DNA of 64,000 nucleotides from SAR324 cluster bacterium (GTDB lineage Bacteria; SAR324; NAC60-12). The notes under the pieces were generated by a model that ran no database searches, was not told where the DNA came from, and saw only the letters and a program-made list of their open reading frames with translations. Numbering within the stretch: the stretch's first letter is position 1; each line of letters starts with the position of its first letter. Position numbers and translations under genes: made by a program. The stretch spans positions 5,715-69,714 of the forward strand of contig JAKUUI010000004.1 in the NCBI GenBank assembly GCA_022448485.1, given 5' to 3'. Positions 1 through 8,116 of this stretch are shown one piece after another.

Positions 1-585
1 AGCATAATAAATTTTGGTATCGGCTCCGCAAATGCAGCAACCATCATGGATCTGCTGACAGCCTGTAATCCCAAAGGAGTTTTGTTTCTAGGCAAGTGCG
101 GTGGGTTGAAGCGAACTGCGGAAATTGGACGCTTTATCTTGCCTATTGCAGCAATCCGCGGAGAAGGAACCAGCAGTGATTATCTGCCTCCGGAAGTTCC
201 AGCTTTACCATCATTTAAGCTGCACAAATTTGTCTCTGATACACTACTCGATTATGGCCAGGAATATCGAACCGGAGTTATTTATACCACAAATCGTCGT
301 GTCTGGGAATGGGACAATAAATTCCGGAAGCGGCTGATCAATCTTTCTGCCATTGGTATTGACATGGAAACCGCAACACTATTTATTGTGGGTCATGCAA
401 ATAAAATTTCCCGTGGTGCAATTCTTCTTGTTTCAGATATGCCCCTGATGCCTGAAGGGGTAAAAACTCAGGAAATGGACAAAAAAGTTACTGCAAAATA
501 CGTGGATATGCACCTGGAAATGGGAATCCAGGCCATGACGGATATTGAAGAAAAAGGAGAGGAAATTAAGCACTTCGGTTATTAA
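1..585 (+). CDS. amn: AMP nucleosidase, C-terminal portion (5' end lies outside the window)
   Basis: Reading frame is open from nt 1. The translation (...IGSANAATIMDLLTACNPKGVLFLGKCGG...YLPPEVPALPSF...IGIDMETAT...) matches the C-terminal PNP/UDP-fold domain of AMP nucleosidase closely. Confidence 0.8.
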   Translation, partial: SIINFGIGSANAATIMDLLTACNPKGVLFLGKCGGLKRTAEIGRFILPIAAIRGEGTSSDYLPPEVPALPSFKLHKFVSDTLLDYGQEYRTGVIYTTNRRVWEWDNKFRKRLINLSAIGIDMETATLFIVGHANKISRGAILLVSDMPLMPEGVKTQEMDKKVTAKYVDMHLEMGIQAMTDIEEKGEEIKHFGY

Positions 586-596
586 CAGTTCAGTGT

Positions 597-1457
597 ATGA
601 AAATTGTGAGGGAAACAATGATTACTGAAAATCCAGCAAAAAATATTCGCCCTCCTGCGGTGGCTTCCATGTTCTATCCGGGAGGTACTGCAGAACTCAG
701 GGATACAGTGCAAAATTATTTGCAAAGTTCCGGCGTAGAAGAAAACGTTTTTCAGTTGAAAAAGGGTGAAACCTCTGAATTACGTGCGCTGATTGTTCCT
801 CATGCCGGTTATATTTATTCTGGGAAAGTAGCGGCTTCAGCATTTAGACTTCTGCAGGAAATACCTAAACGTTTTAAGCGGGTTTTACTTTTAGGTCCGG
901 CGCATCGTGTCTGGATCCAGGGTGCGGCTTTTCCGGGGGCAGATTACTTTGATACTCCGCTTGGTGAGATTGCTCTGGATAAAGTGCTGATGGAAAAATT
1001 GTTGGGAGATTATTCCTGGATTTCTGTCAACGATGAGGCACATGCCGAAGAACATTGCCTAGAAGTGCAACTGCCTTTTTTACAAGAAACTCTCTGCAAA
1101 TTTGAATTGTTACCGCTGGTTGTAGGAGAAACGAAAACTGAAGAGCTTGCAGAATTGATTCAGCAATTTAGTAAAGACGAGGAAACGCTGATCGTGATCA
1201 GTACGGACCTCAGTCATTTCCATGATTATCAAACAGCGCAGGAAATCGATGCACGCACGGCAAATGCAATTGAATTATTGGAACCTGAACAGCTTTCAGC
1301 AGAAGATGCTTGTGGAGCCTATCCGCTAAGGGGAGCTTTAGTGGCCGCTTCCCAAAATAATTGGCAAGTTCATCGACTTGGCCTCTGTAATTCCGGAGAT
1401 ACTGCAGGAGATCGCGGACGCGTTGTTGGCTATGGTGCGTGGGCGCTGTCTGCTTGA
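597..1457 (+). CDS. AmmeMemoRadiSam system protein B (MEMO1 family)
   Basis: 286 aa with MEMO1 signatures: LIVPHAGYIYSGKVAASAF, LLGPAHRV, ISTDLSHFHDY. Lies tail-to-tail with the partner radical SAM gene. Confidence 0.85.
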   Translation: MKIVRETMITENPAKNIRPPAVASMFYPGGTAELRDTVQNYLQSSGVEENVFQLKKGETSELRALIVPHAGYIYSGKVAASAFRLLQEIPKRFKRVLLLGPAHRVWIQGAAFPGADYFDTPLGEIALDKVLMEKLLGDYSWISVNDEAHAEEHCLEVQLPFLQETLCKFELLPLVVGETKTEELAELIQQFSKDEETLIVISTDLSHFHDYQTAQEIDARTANAIELLEPEQLSAEDACGAYPLRGALVAASQNNWQVHRLGLCNSGDTAGDRGRVVGYGAWALSA

Positions 1458-1464
1458 AATGGAT

Positions 1465-2541
1465 TTACAAACATACCGGAAGCCTCTTTGCACCCCAGTC
1501 ACCGTGCTGTTTTTCAAAAAATCCGGGACATTCCGCTCCGCAGGAAATACAGTGTCCTTCTTCATTCAGATTCCAATCGCTTAATTCATACCAGTCCCTG
1601 CCGATTAATAACTCTCTGCACTGATGGCAATATGTACTTGATCCGGGTTTATCATGAACATTTCCGAGGTAGACATAACGAACTCCATTGCTCAGTGCAA
1701 TTTTCCTGGCCTGCCGTAAAGTGGAGTGCGGAGTGTTTGCCTTGTCACGCATTTTCCAGTCCGGATGAAAGGCGGAAAAGTGCAGAGGAACATCCGGACC
1801 TAAATGCTCAACTATCCATTCTGTCATTGCCTGCAGTTCTTGTGGAGAATCGTTTTCTCCCGGAATTAGTAGCGTAGTCAATTCAAACCAAACCTCAGTT
1901 TCATGCTTTAAATATTCCAGTGTTTCCAAAACAGCAGCAAGTTCTCCTCCGCAAATCTTTTTGTAAAACTTTTCACTGAAAGCCTTGAGATCAACATTTG
2001 CTGCATCCATGTTTTGGAAAAATTCAGCACGTGCTTCAGAAAGGACATAGCCTGCTGTGACTGCTATTGGACGGATATCCAACTCTAAGCAAGCCTGTGC
2101 AACATCAACGGCATATTCAAGAAAAATCACAGGATCATTGTACGTGAAGGCTACACTGCGGCAGCCATTCGCTTTTGCCGCATTGGCAATCATTTCCGGA
2201 GAAGCTGTTTCGGTGAGTCGGTCAAATTCACGCGACTTGCTGATGTCCCAATTCTGACAAAATTTGCAGGTGAGATTGCAGCCAGCGGTGCCAAACGAAA
2301 GAATCGGTGTTCCCGGAAGGAAGTGATTCAGAGGTTTTTTTTCAATCGGATCAATACAAAATCCGCTGGAGCGCCCATAGGTCGTCAGCACAATTTGGTC
2401 TCCTTCTGCCTGGCGCACAAAACAAAGTCCTCGCTGCCCATCGTGTAATTTACATTGTCGCGGGCATACGTCACACTGCATCCGGCCGTCATTAAGTTTT
2501 TGCCAGTATCGTCCAGGATAATCCATCTTGTTCTCCCTCAA
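1465..2541 (-). CDS. AmmeMemoRadiSam system radical SAM enzyme
   Basis: 358 aa with an N-terminal Cys-rich region (CDVCPRQCKLHDGQRGLCF) and the radical SAM motif GCNLTCKFCQNW. Typical of the AMMECR1/MEMO1-associated radical SAM family. Confidence 0.85.
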   Translation of the reverse strand: MRENKMDYPGRYWQKLNDGRMQCDVCPRQCKLHDGQRGLCFVRQAEGDQIVLTTYGRSSGFCIDPIEKKPLNHFLPGTPILSFGTAGCNLTCKFCQNWDISKSREFDRLTETASPEMIANAAKANGCRSVAFTYNDPVIFLEYAVDVAQACLELDIRPIAVTAGYVLSEARAEFFQNMDAANVDLKAFSEKFYKKICGGELAAVLETLEYLKHETEVWFELTTLLIPGENDSPQELQAMTEWIVEHLGPDVPLHFSAFHPDWKMRDKANTPHSTLRQARKIALSNGVRYVYLGNVHDKPGSSTYCHQCRELLIGRDWYELSDWNLNEEGHCISCGAECPGFFEKQHGDWGAKRLPVCL

Positions 2542-2663
2542 GTGGTTGTATTTGAGTATAACATAAATCTTGCTTAAATTTTACTCATGGACGTAATGAG
2601 ATCGTATTGCTTAGGGAATTGACAAACCCAGGTGGAGTTATATCGGTACTGCTAGAAACTTTT

Positions 2664-2684
2664 CCACTTTCCACTTTTCACTTT
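2664..2684. repeat. Short tandem CCACTTTT repeats in the divergent intergenic region
   Basis: The sequence reads ttccacttttccacttttcacttt between the divergently transcribed radical SAM gene and trmFO. Possibly a regulator binding site. Confidence 0.3.
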
Positions 2685-2804
2685 ATGCCTGTCCCTTTAT
2701 TATTTTAGAGCATGGCCGGAAGCGAGTTAAAATGACATGTAGTGTGGAACTACGCTCGCATACAGAGGTGAGGTAAAGTACCCGTCATTATTTTAGCAAT
2801 TGAC

Positions 2805-4142
2805 ATGCAAGATCAGAAAAAAAATCAGGCAGTAGCCATCGTTGGGGCAGGATTAGCAGGATCAGAAGCGGCATGGCAATTGGCTAATCGGGGTCATGAG
2901 GTGCGCCTGTTTGAAATGCGTCCTGTTCGCATGACCGCAGCCCACAAAACTGGTGAATGCGCTGAACTGGTTTGCAGCAATTCCTTCAAAAGCCGTTCAG
3001 TAGAAAATGCGCATGGTTTGCTCAAAGCAGAAATGGCTTTGTATAAATCCATGATTTTGGAGACTGGGGAGCGATTTTCTGTGCCTGCAGGGCAAGCATT
3101 GGCAATTGACAGAGAGGCCTTTGCCGAATCTGTGAGTGCACAATTGAAGGCACATCCGCTGATCAGTTTTTGCAATGAAGAAGTTGCTGATGTAGAAAAA
3201 CTGATAGGCTCTCATTCTCATGTTATTTTTGCAACAGGCCCGCTAACTTCTGATATCCTTGCCACTTCTCTCCAGGAAATTCTGGGCACACAATATTTGT
3301 CATTTTATGACGCGATTGCTCCAGTCGTCACTGCAGAATCAATCAATATGAACATTGCTTTCCGAGCTTCTCGTTATGGAAAGGGTGATGCAGATTATAT
3401 CAACTGTCCCATGCAGCGTGAGCAATATGAGGATTTTATTGAAGCAGTTTTGAATGCTGAAAAAGTTGAGTTACATCAGTTTGAGGACATCCGTCCTTTT
3501 GAAGGTTGTCTGCCGATTGAAGTAATGGTTGAACGCGGAGAAGAAACTTTACGCTTCGGACCGATGAAGCCTGTCGGTCTGGAACATCCTGAAACCGGCC
3601 AACGTTTCCACGCGGTTGTCCAGCTTCGACAGGAAAATGCGCTTGGAAGTCTTTTTAATCTGGTCGGTTTTCAGACAAAAATGACATGGTCGGCTCAGAA
3701 AGAGGTTCTGGCCATGATTCCCGGACTAGAAAATGCAGAATTTGTCAGGCTGGGTTCTGTCCACCGCAACACATTTATAAACAGTCCTGCTCTGCTAAAT
3801 CCGCAATTGAACCTGAAATCCCTCCCCAACATTTTTTTTGCAGGACAAATAACAGGTGTTGAAGGTTATATGGAATCCACTGCGATGGGTATTGTAGCTG
3901 CACGGCAAGTTGCTGCAAGTTTGGAGGATCGAGAAGAAAATGTGCCTTCTACGGAGACAATGATTGGTGCATTGATCCACTACATTACAGAATCGGATTT
4001 TTCCTCCTTCCAGCCGATGAACGCAAATTTTGGTTTGCTTGATCCTCCAGAAAAAAAGATGAGCAAATCAGAGAGAAAAGCATGGTATGCTGAACGTGCT
4101 CTGAAAAAAACCGCGGATTATGCTAATCGAATGCAAAAGTAA
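2805..4142 (+). CDS. trmFO: Methylenetetrahydrofolate--tRNA-(uracil-5-)-methyltransferase TrmFO
   Basis: 445 aa with an N-terminal FAD Rossmann fold (AIVGAGLAGSEAAW) and the C-terminal part conserved across the TrmFO/Gid family. Confidence 0.9.
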   Translation: MQDQKKNQAVAIVGAGLAGSEAAWQLANRGHEVRLFEMRPVRMTAAHKTGECAELVCSNSFKSRSVENAHGLLKAEMALYKSMILETGERFSVPAGQALAIDREAFAESVSAQLKAHPLISFCNEEVADVEKLIGSHSHVIFATGPLTSDILATSLQEILGTQYLSFYDAIAPVVTAESINMNIAFRASRYGKGDADYINCPMQREQYEDFIEAVLNAEKVELHQFEDIRPFEGCLPIEVMVERGEETLRFGPMKPVGLEHPETGQRFHAVVQLRQENALGSLFNLVGFQTKMTWSAQKEVLAMIPGLENAEFVRLGSVHRNTFINSPALLNPQLNLKSLPNIFFAGQITGVEGYMESTAMGIVAARQVAASLEDREENVPSTETMIGALIHYITESDFSSFQPMNANFGLLDPPEKKMSKSERKAWYAERALKKTADYANRMQK

Positions 4143-4196
4143 ACAGTTTTGTTTTTCTTTAATTTGTGGCTGAAACATTAAATTCATGAAGTAGAA

Positions 4197-6254
4197 ATGT
4201 TTGATAAAATTCTGATTGCCAATCGTGGTGAAATTGCCTGTAGGATTATCCGGACCTGCCGCAATATGGGGATTCGCACAGTTGCCGTTTACTCTGCTGC
4301 AGATGACAGTTCGCTCCATGTTCAGCTTGCGGATGAAGCCTGTCAAATCGGAGAAGCTCCACCTGCTGAATCATATTTGCAGATTGAAAAATTGCTTAAT
4401 GCTGCCAAAAAATACGGGGCTCAGGCAATTCATCCAGGCTATGGTTTTTTAGCAGAAAATGCAGAATTTGCCCACCAATGTGCTCAATCCGGAATAGTTT
4501 TTATTGGCCCGTCAGTGGCAACAATCGAGCAAATGGGTGCCAAAGATCAGGCCAAAAGTTTGATGGAAAACGCCGGAGTTCCGGTTGTTCCTGGATACAT
4601 CGGTGATGAACAAGGTCCGGAAACTCTGTACTCAGAAGCGGAAAAAGTAGGCTATCCATTAATGATAAAAGCTGTACTCGGCGGTGGCGGTAAAGGTATG
4701 CGGGTGGTGCAGAAAAAAGAAGATTTCTCTGTTGCTTTGGAATCTGCACGGAACGAAGCCCGGAAGGCATTTGCAGATGAACGAGTTTTGTTGGAGTGCT
4801 TAGTCAGTAGTCCGCGGCATATAGAATTTCAGATATTTGGAGATCAGTATGGTAATGTAATTCACCTTTATGATCGCGATTGTTCTCTGCAGCGCCGGCA
4901 CCAAAAAATCATTGAAGAATCTCCTTCGCCTTTTCTTGATCAAAATCTGCGGATGCAAATGGCAGCCACAGCCGTAGCAGCAGCAAAAGCTGTTAAATAC
5001 ATGGGCGCCGGTACAGTCGAGTTTATTGTTGGAGACGATCGGGAATTTTTCTTCATGGAAATGAACACCCGCCTGCAAGTGGAACATCCAGTGACAGAAC
5101 TGATAACCGGACTTGATCTGGTCGAGTGGCAACTACGGATTGCGGCAGGAGAGAAACTACATTTAACACAGGATGAAGTAAGACAAACCGGTCATGCAAT
5201 TGAAGCTAGAATTTATGCAGAAAATCCTGAAAGCGGCTTTTTACCCAGTATTGGTACCTTGCATCGCTTAGCTTTTCCGGACCTTTTTCAAAAAAATCAT
5301 AAAGTCAAAGACGGCACCAGCCAGCCATTGTCATCTATCAGAATCGATACAGGAGTTGAAGAAGGTGGAGAAATCAGCATTCACTATGATCCGATGATTG
5401 CAAAATTGATTGTACATTCAGATTCACGTAAACATGCTATTGATGCAATGAAATCTGCACTTGCTCAATCAGGTGTTCTCGGGATTGTGACCAATCTTGG
5501 GTTTTTGCAGACCATTATACAACATTCGGATTTTGACGCATGTAAGATAGACACGCTTTTTGTTGATTCAAACTTAGAATCTCTGCTTTCTGAAAATAAA
5601 GTTTCAGCTGATTGGGTTTTTTGGGGAGCTGCTATTTCCTGTTTGCTAGAGGATTTTGAACAGGCAGCATTGAAAGCACAAAAATCTATGGAACCATGCT
5701 CTCCATGGAACAGTCTGGACAATTGGCGGGCTGGAATTCAGCAACCTCATAGAATCCTGTTGCGAGATGTTCAGGGCAGAGACAAAGAAGTTATGATAAT
5801 TAAAGAAAAAAATGTTTATCGGATCATAAGTTTAACAGAGGAGATATCCGTTTCGGTCTCTGTCCACGGAGATTTGCTGGATCTAAGTTGGAATAGTGCA
5901 GGTTTGGAAGAGTTTGGACATCATTTGCTGGTCCTTCATCATGAATCACAAATATTGGCAGTTCATGCACAGGGCCGGGCTTTATTCACCCGACTTGATC
6001 CATTAGCTTTTGAACAAAGTGAAGAAAAGGATGATTTTCGACTTTCTGCACCCATGCCCGGAAACGTAATCCGCGTTCTTGTGGAATCCGGAGAAAAAGT
6101 TAGTTCCGGGCAGCCATTGTTAGTGATGGAGGCAATGAAAATGGAACACACAATTGTGGCTCCTGCAGATGGGATTGTAGAAAAAGTACTTTTTCAAGAT
6201 GGAGATTTAGTATATAAAGATGCAGAGTTGGTTAAGTTATCTATACTCGCGTAA
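4197..6254 (+). CDS. Acyl-CoA carboxylase alpha subunit (biotin carboxylase plus C-terminal biotinyl domain)
   Basis: 685 aa. N-terminus MFDKILIANRGEIACRIIRTCR with an ATP-grasp domain, and C-terminal biotin attachment motif EAMKMEHTIVAP. Substrate (acetyl-, propionyl- or methylcrotonyl-CoA) cannot be decided. No beta subunit gene is adjacent. Confidence 0.85.
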   Translation: MFDKILIANRGEIACRIIRTCRNMGIRTVAVYSAADDSSLHVQLADEACQIGEAPPAESYLQIEKLLNAAKKYGAQAIHPGYGFLAENAEFAHQCAQSGIVFIGPSVATIEQMGAKDQAKSLMENAGVPVVPGYIGDEQGPETLYSEAEKVGYPLMIKAVLGGGGKGMRVVQKKEDFSVALESARNEARKAFADERVLLECLVSSPRHIEFQIFGDQYGNVIHLYDRDCSLQRRHQKIIEESPSPFLDQNLRMQMAATAVAAAKAVKYMGAGTVEFIVGDDREFFFMEMNTRLQVEHPVTELITGLDLVEWQLRIAAGEKLHLTQDEVRQTGHAIEARIYAENPESGFLPSIGTLHRLAFPDLFQKNHKVKDGTSQPLSSIRIDTGVEEGGEISIHYDPMIAKLIVHSDSRKHAIDAMKSALAQSGVLGIVTNLGFLQTIIQHSDFDACKIDTLFVDSNLESLLSENKVSADWVFWGAAISCLLEDFEQAALKAQKSMEPCSPWNSLDNWRAGIQQPHRILLRDVQGRDKEVMIIKEKNVYRIISLTEEISVSVSVHGDLLDLSWNSAGLEEFGHHLLVLHHESQILAVHAQGRALFTRLDPLAFEQSEEKDDFRLSAPMPGNVIRVLVESGEKVSSGQPLLVMEAMKMEHTIVAPADGIVEKVLFQDGDLVYKDAELVKLSILA

Positions 6255-6298
6255 TAAAATAATATTACTTATCCTGCAAATAATAAAAATAAATTTAA

Positions 6299-6571
6299 GA
6301 AGATCAAATAGCGGAGAAAAAATTATCAATCTTTGAGCGTTATCTTATAGCATGGGTCTTGGTCTGCATAGCGGGAGGGATTTTTTTGGTGAAAGTAGTA
6401 CCAAATGCGGCAACAGTGCTTAATGATTTTTCGATTTATCAAGTATCTATTCTTATTGCAGTTTGTTTGTTACTAATGATGTATCCCATTGTGGTTAAAA
6501 TTGATTTTTCACAGGTTATAAAATCAGCCAAAACGCCAAATCTGAACTGTTTTTACACAACTAATTATTGA
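6299..6571 (+). pseudogene. N-terminal remnant of an ACR3-family arsenite efflux transporter
   Basis: The open frame reads (IAE)KKLSIFERYLIAWVLVCIAGGIFLVKVVP...ILIAVCLLLMMYPIVVKIDFSQVIKSAKTPN and aligns with the first ~90 residues of ACR3/ArsB(YqcL). There is no ATG at the expected start. The frame terminates at TNY-stop, where about 260 further residues would be expected. Confidence 0.6.
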
Positions 6572-6584
6572 TAGGTTTGAGTTT

Positions 6585-6899
6585 ATGCGAAAAGTTTACA
6601 CCTCTTCGGATTTGAACTTAGTACAATATGCAAGAAGTGTCCTTGAAGGCCACAAAATTGAAAGCGTGATCCTGAGAGAACAACTGGCAGGTGTGGTGGG
6701 TGGAATTGCACCTCTTGATGCATGGACTGAACTATGGGTGCATGATGCAGCGCGCATAGATGAAGCAAGACAATTAATTGAGTCTGCTATGAAAAAAACA
6801 GAAACACAGCAGCAACCATGGCATTGCCTAGGTTGTGGTGAAAATATTGAAGCGCAGTTTACACAGTGCTGGAAGTGTGAAACAGAGCGTAAGTACTAA
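6585..6899 (+). CDS. DUF2007 (putative signal-transducing) domain protein with a C-terminal CxxC...CxxC zinc ribbon
   Basis: 104 aa. The N-terminal region resembles PF09413-type proteins. The C-terminus carries CLGCGENIEAQFTQCWKCE. Confidence 0.5.
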   Translation: MRKVYTSSDLNLVQYARSVLEGHKIESVILREQLAGVVGGIAPLDAWTELWVHDAARIDEARQLIESAMKKTETQQQPWHCLGCGENIEAQFTQCWKCETERKY

Positions 6900-7020
6900 C
6901 ATTGTTAGTAAGTCTGTTATTCTGTTTTTGTCTAAGCAGCACTTTGAAAGCGGTTTGACTATTGCATAATTATTAAGGGTCAGAGTAAAATTAACCAGAA
7001 AATAATCACTTCAGGAAGAG

Positions 7021-7719
7021 ATGGCACGTCTGCAAAGAGCGGCACCAATTGGTGTCCCTGTGCATTTATTACAAAGAGGAAACAATCGACAGAAATGTTT
7101 TAACTTTAATGGAGACTATGCAGCATATTTGTGGTGGCTCAGGGAGTACTCTGAAAAATATCAGGTTGAAGTACACGCTTGGGCACTAATGAATAATCAT
7201 ATTCATTTGTTATGTACTCCTCAGCTAGAAGGGGGATTAAGCCGCATGATTCAATCTATAGGGAGGCAATATGTGCGTTATTTTAATCAGCAGAACCATC
7301 GAACAGGTACTCTTTGGGAAGGCCGCTACAAATCGTGTTTGGTCCAGCCGGAGCGCTATCTTCTTGAAGTATCTCGCTATATTGAGCTGAATCCAGTACG
7401 TATGGAGTTAGCTGGTAAACCCAATGAGTATGAATGGTCCAGTTACCAGATTAACGCTTTTGGCAAGCCTTCTGCGCTTTGCAGACCCCATGCTGAATAT
7501 TTGAAGCTGGGGGAATCAAAAGAGGAGCGGATAGAAAAATATCGTGTAATGTCTGAAAGAAGTTCCGACGATTATTTGCTTAAAGTAATCAGAGACAGCA
7601 TAAATAAAGGATTGGCCATTGGAGATGAGAGTTTCAAGACAGAGGTTGAAAAAATGACAGGCCGCAGAGTCAGATCATTGAGAAGCGGGAGGCCTCTCGG
7701 TTGGCGTAAACAAAAATAA
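7021..7719 (+). CDS. REP-associated tyrosine transposase (RAYT, IS200-like Y1 HuH transposase family)
   Basis: 232 aa with the conserved N-terminal PVHLLQRGNNRQ..F motif, the HuH motif NNHIHLL, and a catalytic-Tyr region ...RYIELNPVR. Single copy, flanked by AT-rich DNA. Confidence 0.8.
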   Translation: MARLQRAAPIGVPVHLLQRGNNRQKCFNFNGDYAAYLWWLREYSEKYQVEVHAWALMNNHIHLLCTPQLEGGLSRMIQSIGRQYVRYFNQQNHRTGTLWEGRYKSCLVQPERYLLEVSRYIELNPVRMELAGKPNEYEWSSYQINAFGKPSALCRPHAEYLKLGESKEERIEKYRVMSERSSDDYLLKVIRDSINKGLAIGDESFKTEVEKMTGRRVRSLRSGRPLGWRKQK

Positions 7720-7887
7720 TGTTTAAAAACGATTACAGAATATATGTATTTCAAAGTTCTTAAGAAATGAAAAAATATCCAAATAAACCAAAACTGTCTA
7801 TTATTTTGCCACCTGTTTGGTGGAATTGCTTTGTCCAAAGGCCGGCATGGCAGGGATCAAACTTACCACCTTTATTGAGTTTTAAGA

Positions 7888-8115
7888 TCATTCTTTGCAT
7901 TCCAGACTAGCACGGGTGTATGGTCCGAATTCTTCTTCCTGCAAAACTTTAAAATCACCGAAACAGTGCTTAATTGCACGTTCCTGCAACTGATCTCGTA
8001 CTCCTGTTTTGAAAAAAATGTATTGTGGCTCGGTGCTGCAGCTTGAAAGTAACAGCAGATAAAACAGGGTTACCCAGAGGAACATTATTTTGAACATCCT
8101 CAGCTTATGTGGCAT
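7888..8115 (-). CDS. Small lipoprotein (family member A), about 50 aa mature with three Cys
   Basis: Signal peptide with lipobox LLSSC (the likely true start is the internal Met MFKIMFLWV at about 8097). The mature part aligns with the ORF at 20167-20400. Lies immediately downstream of the rarA-like gene. Confidence 0.5.
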   Translation of the reverse strand: MPHKLRMFKIMFLWVTLFYLLLLSSCSTEPQYIFFKTGVRDQLQERAIKHCFGDFKVLQEEEFGPYTRASLECKE

Positions 8116-8116
8116 T

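Noticed and set aside
2894-5132. Antisense or alternative-frame ORFs inside trmFO and the carboxylase gene. The same applies elsewhere: 12743-12934, 13001-13501, 21365-21610, 45167-45679, 52603-53052, 53561-54112, and so on.
   Set aside because: They lie entirely within strongly supported genes on the opposite strand or in a shifted frame. They have no domain similarity and are typical shadow ORFs.
7800-7880. tRNA-like T-loop resemblance (GGGATCAAAC / TGGTGGA) downstream of the RAYT
   Set aside because: The segment is too short (about 63 nt between putative acceptor halves). It has no consistent cloverleaf, no CCA/discriminator context and no anticodon arm. It is better explained as hairpins or REP-like sequence.
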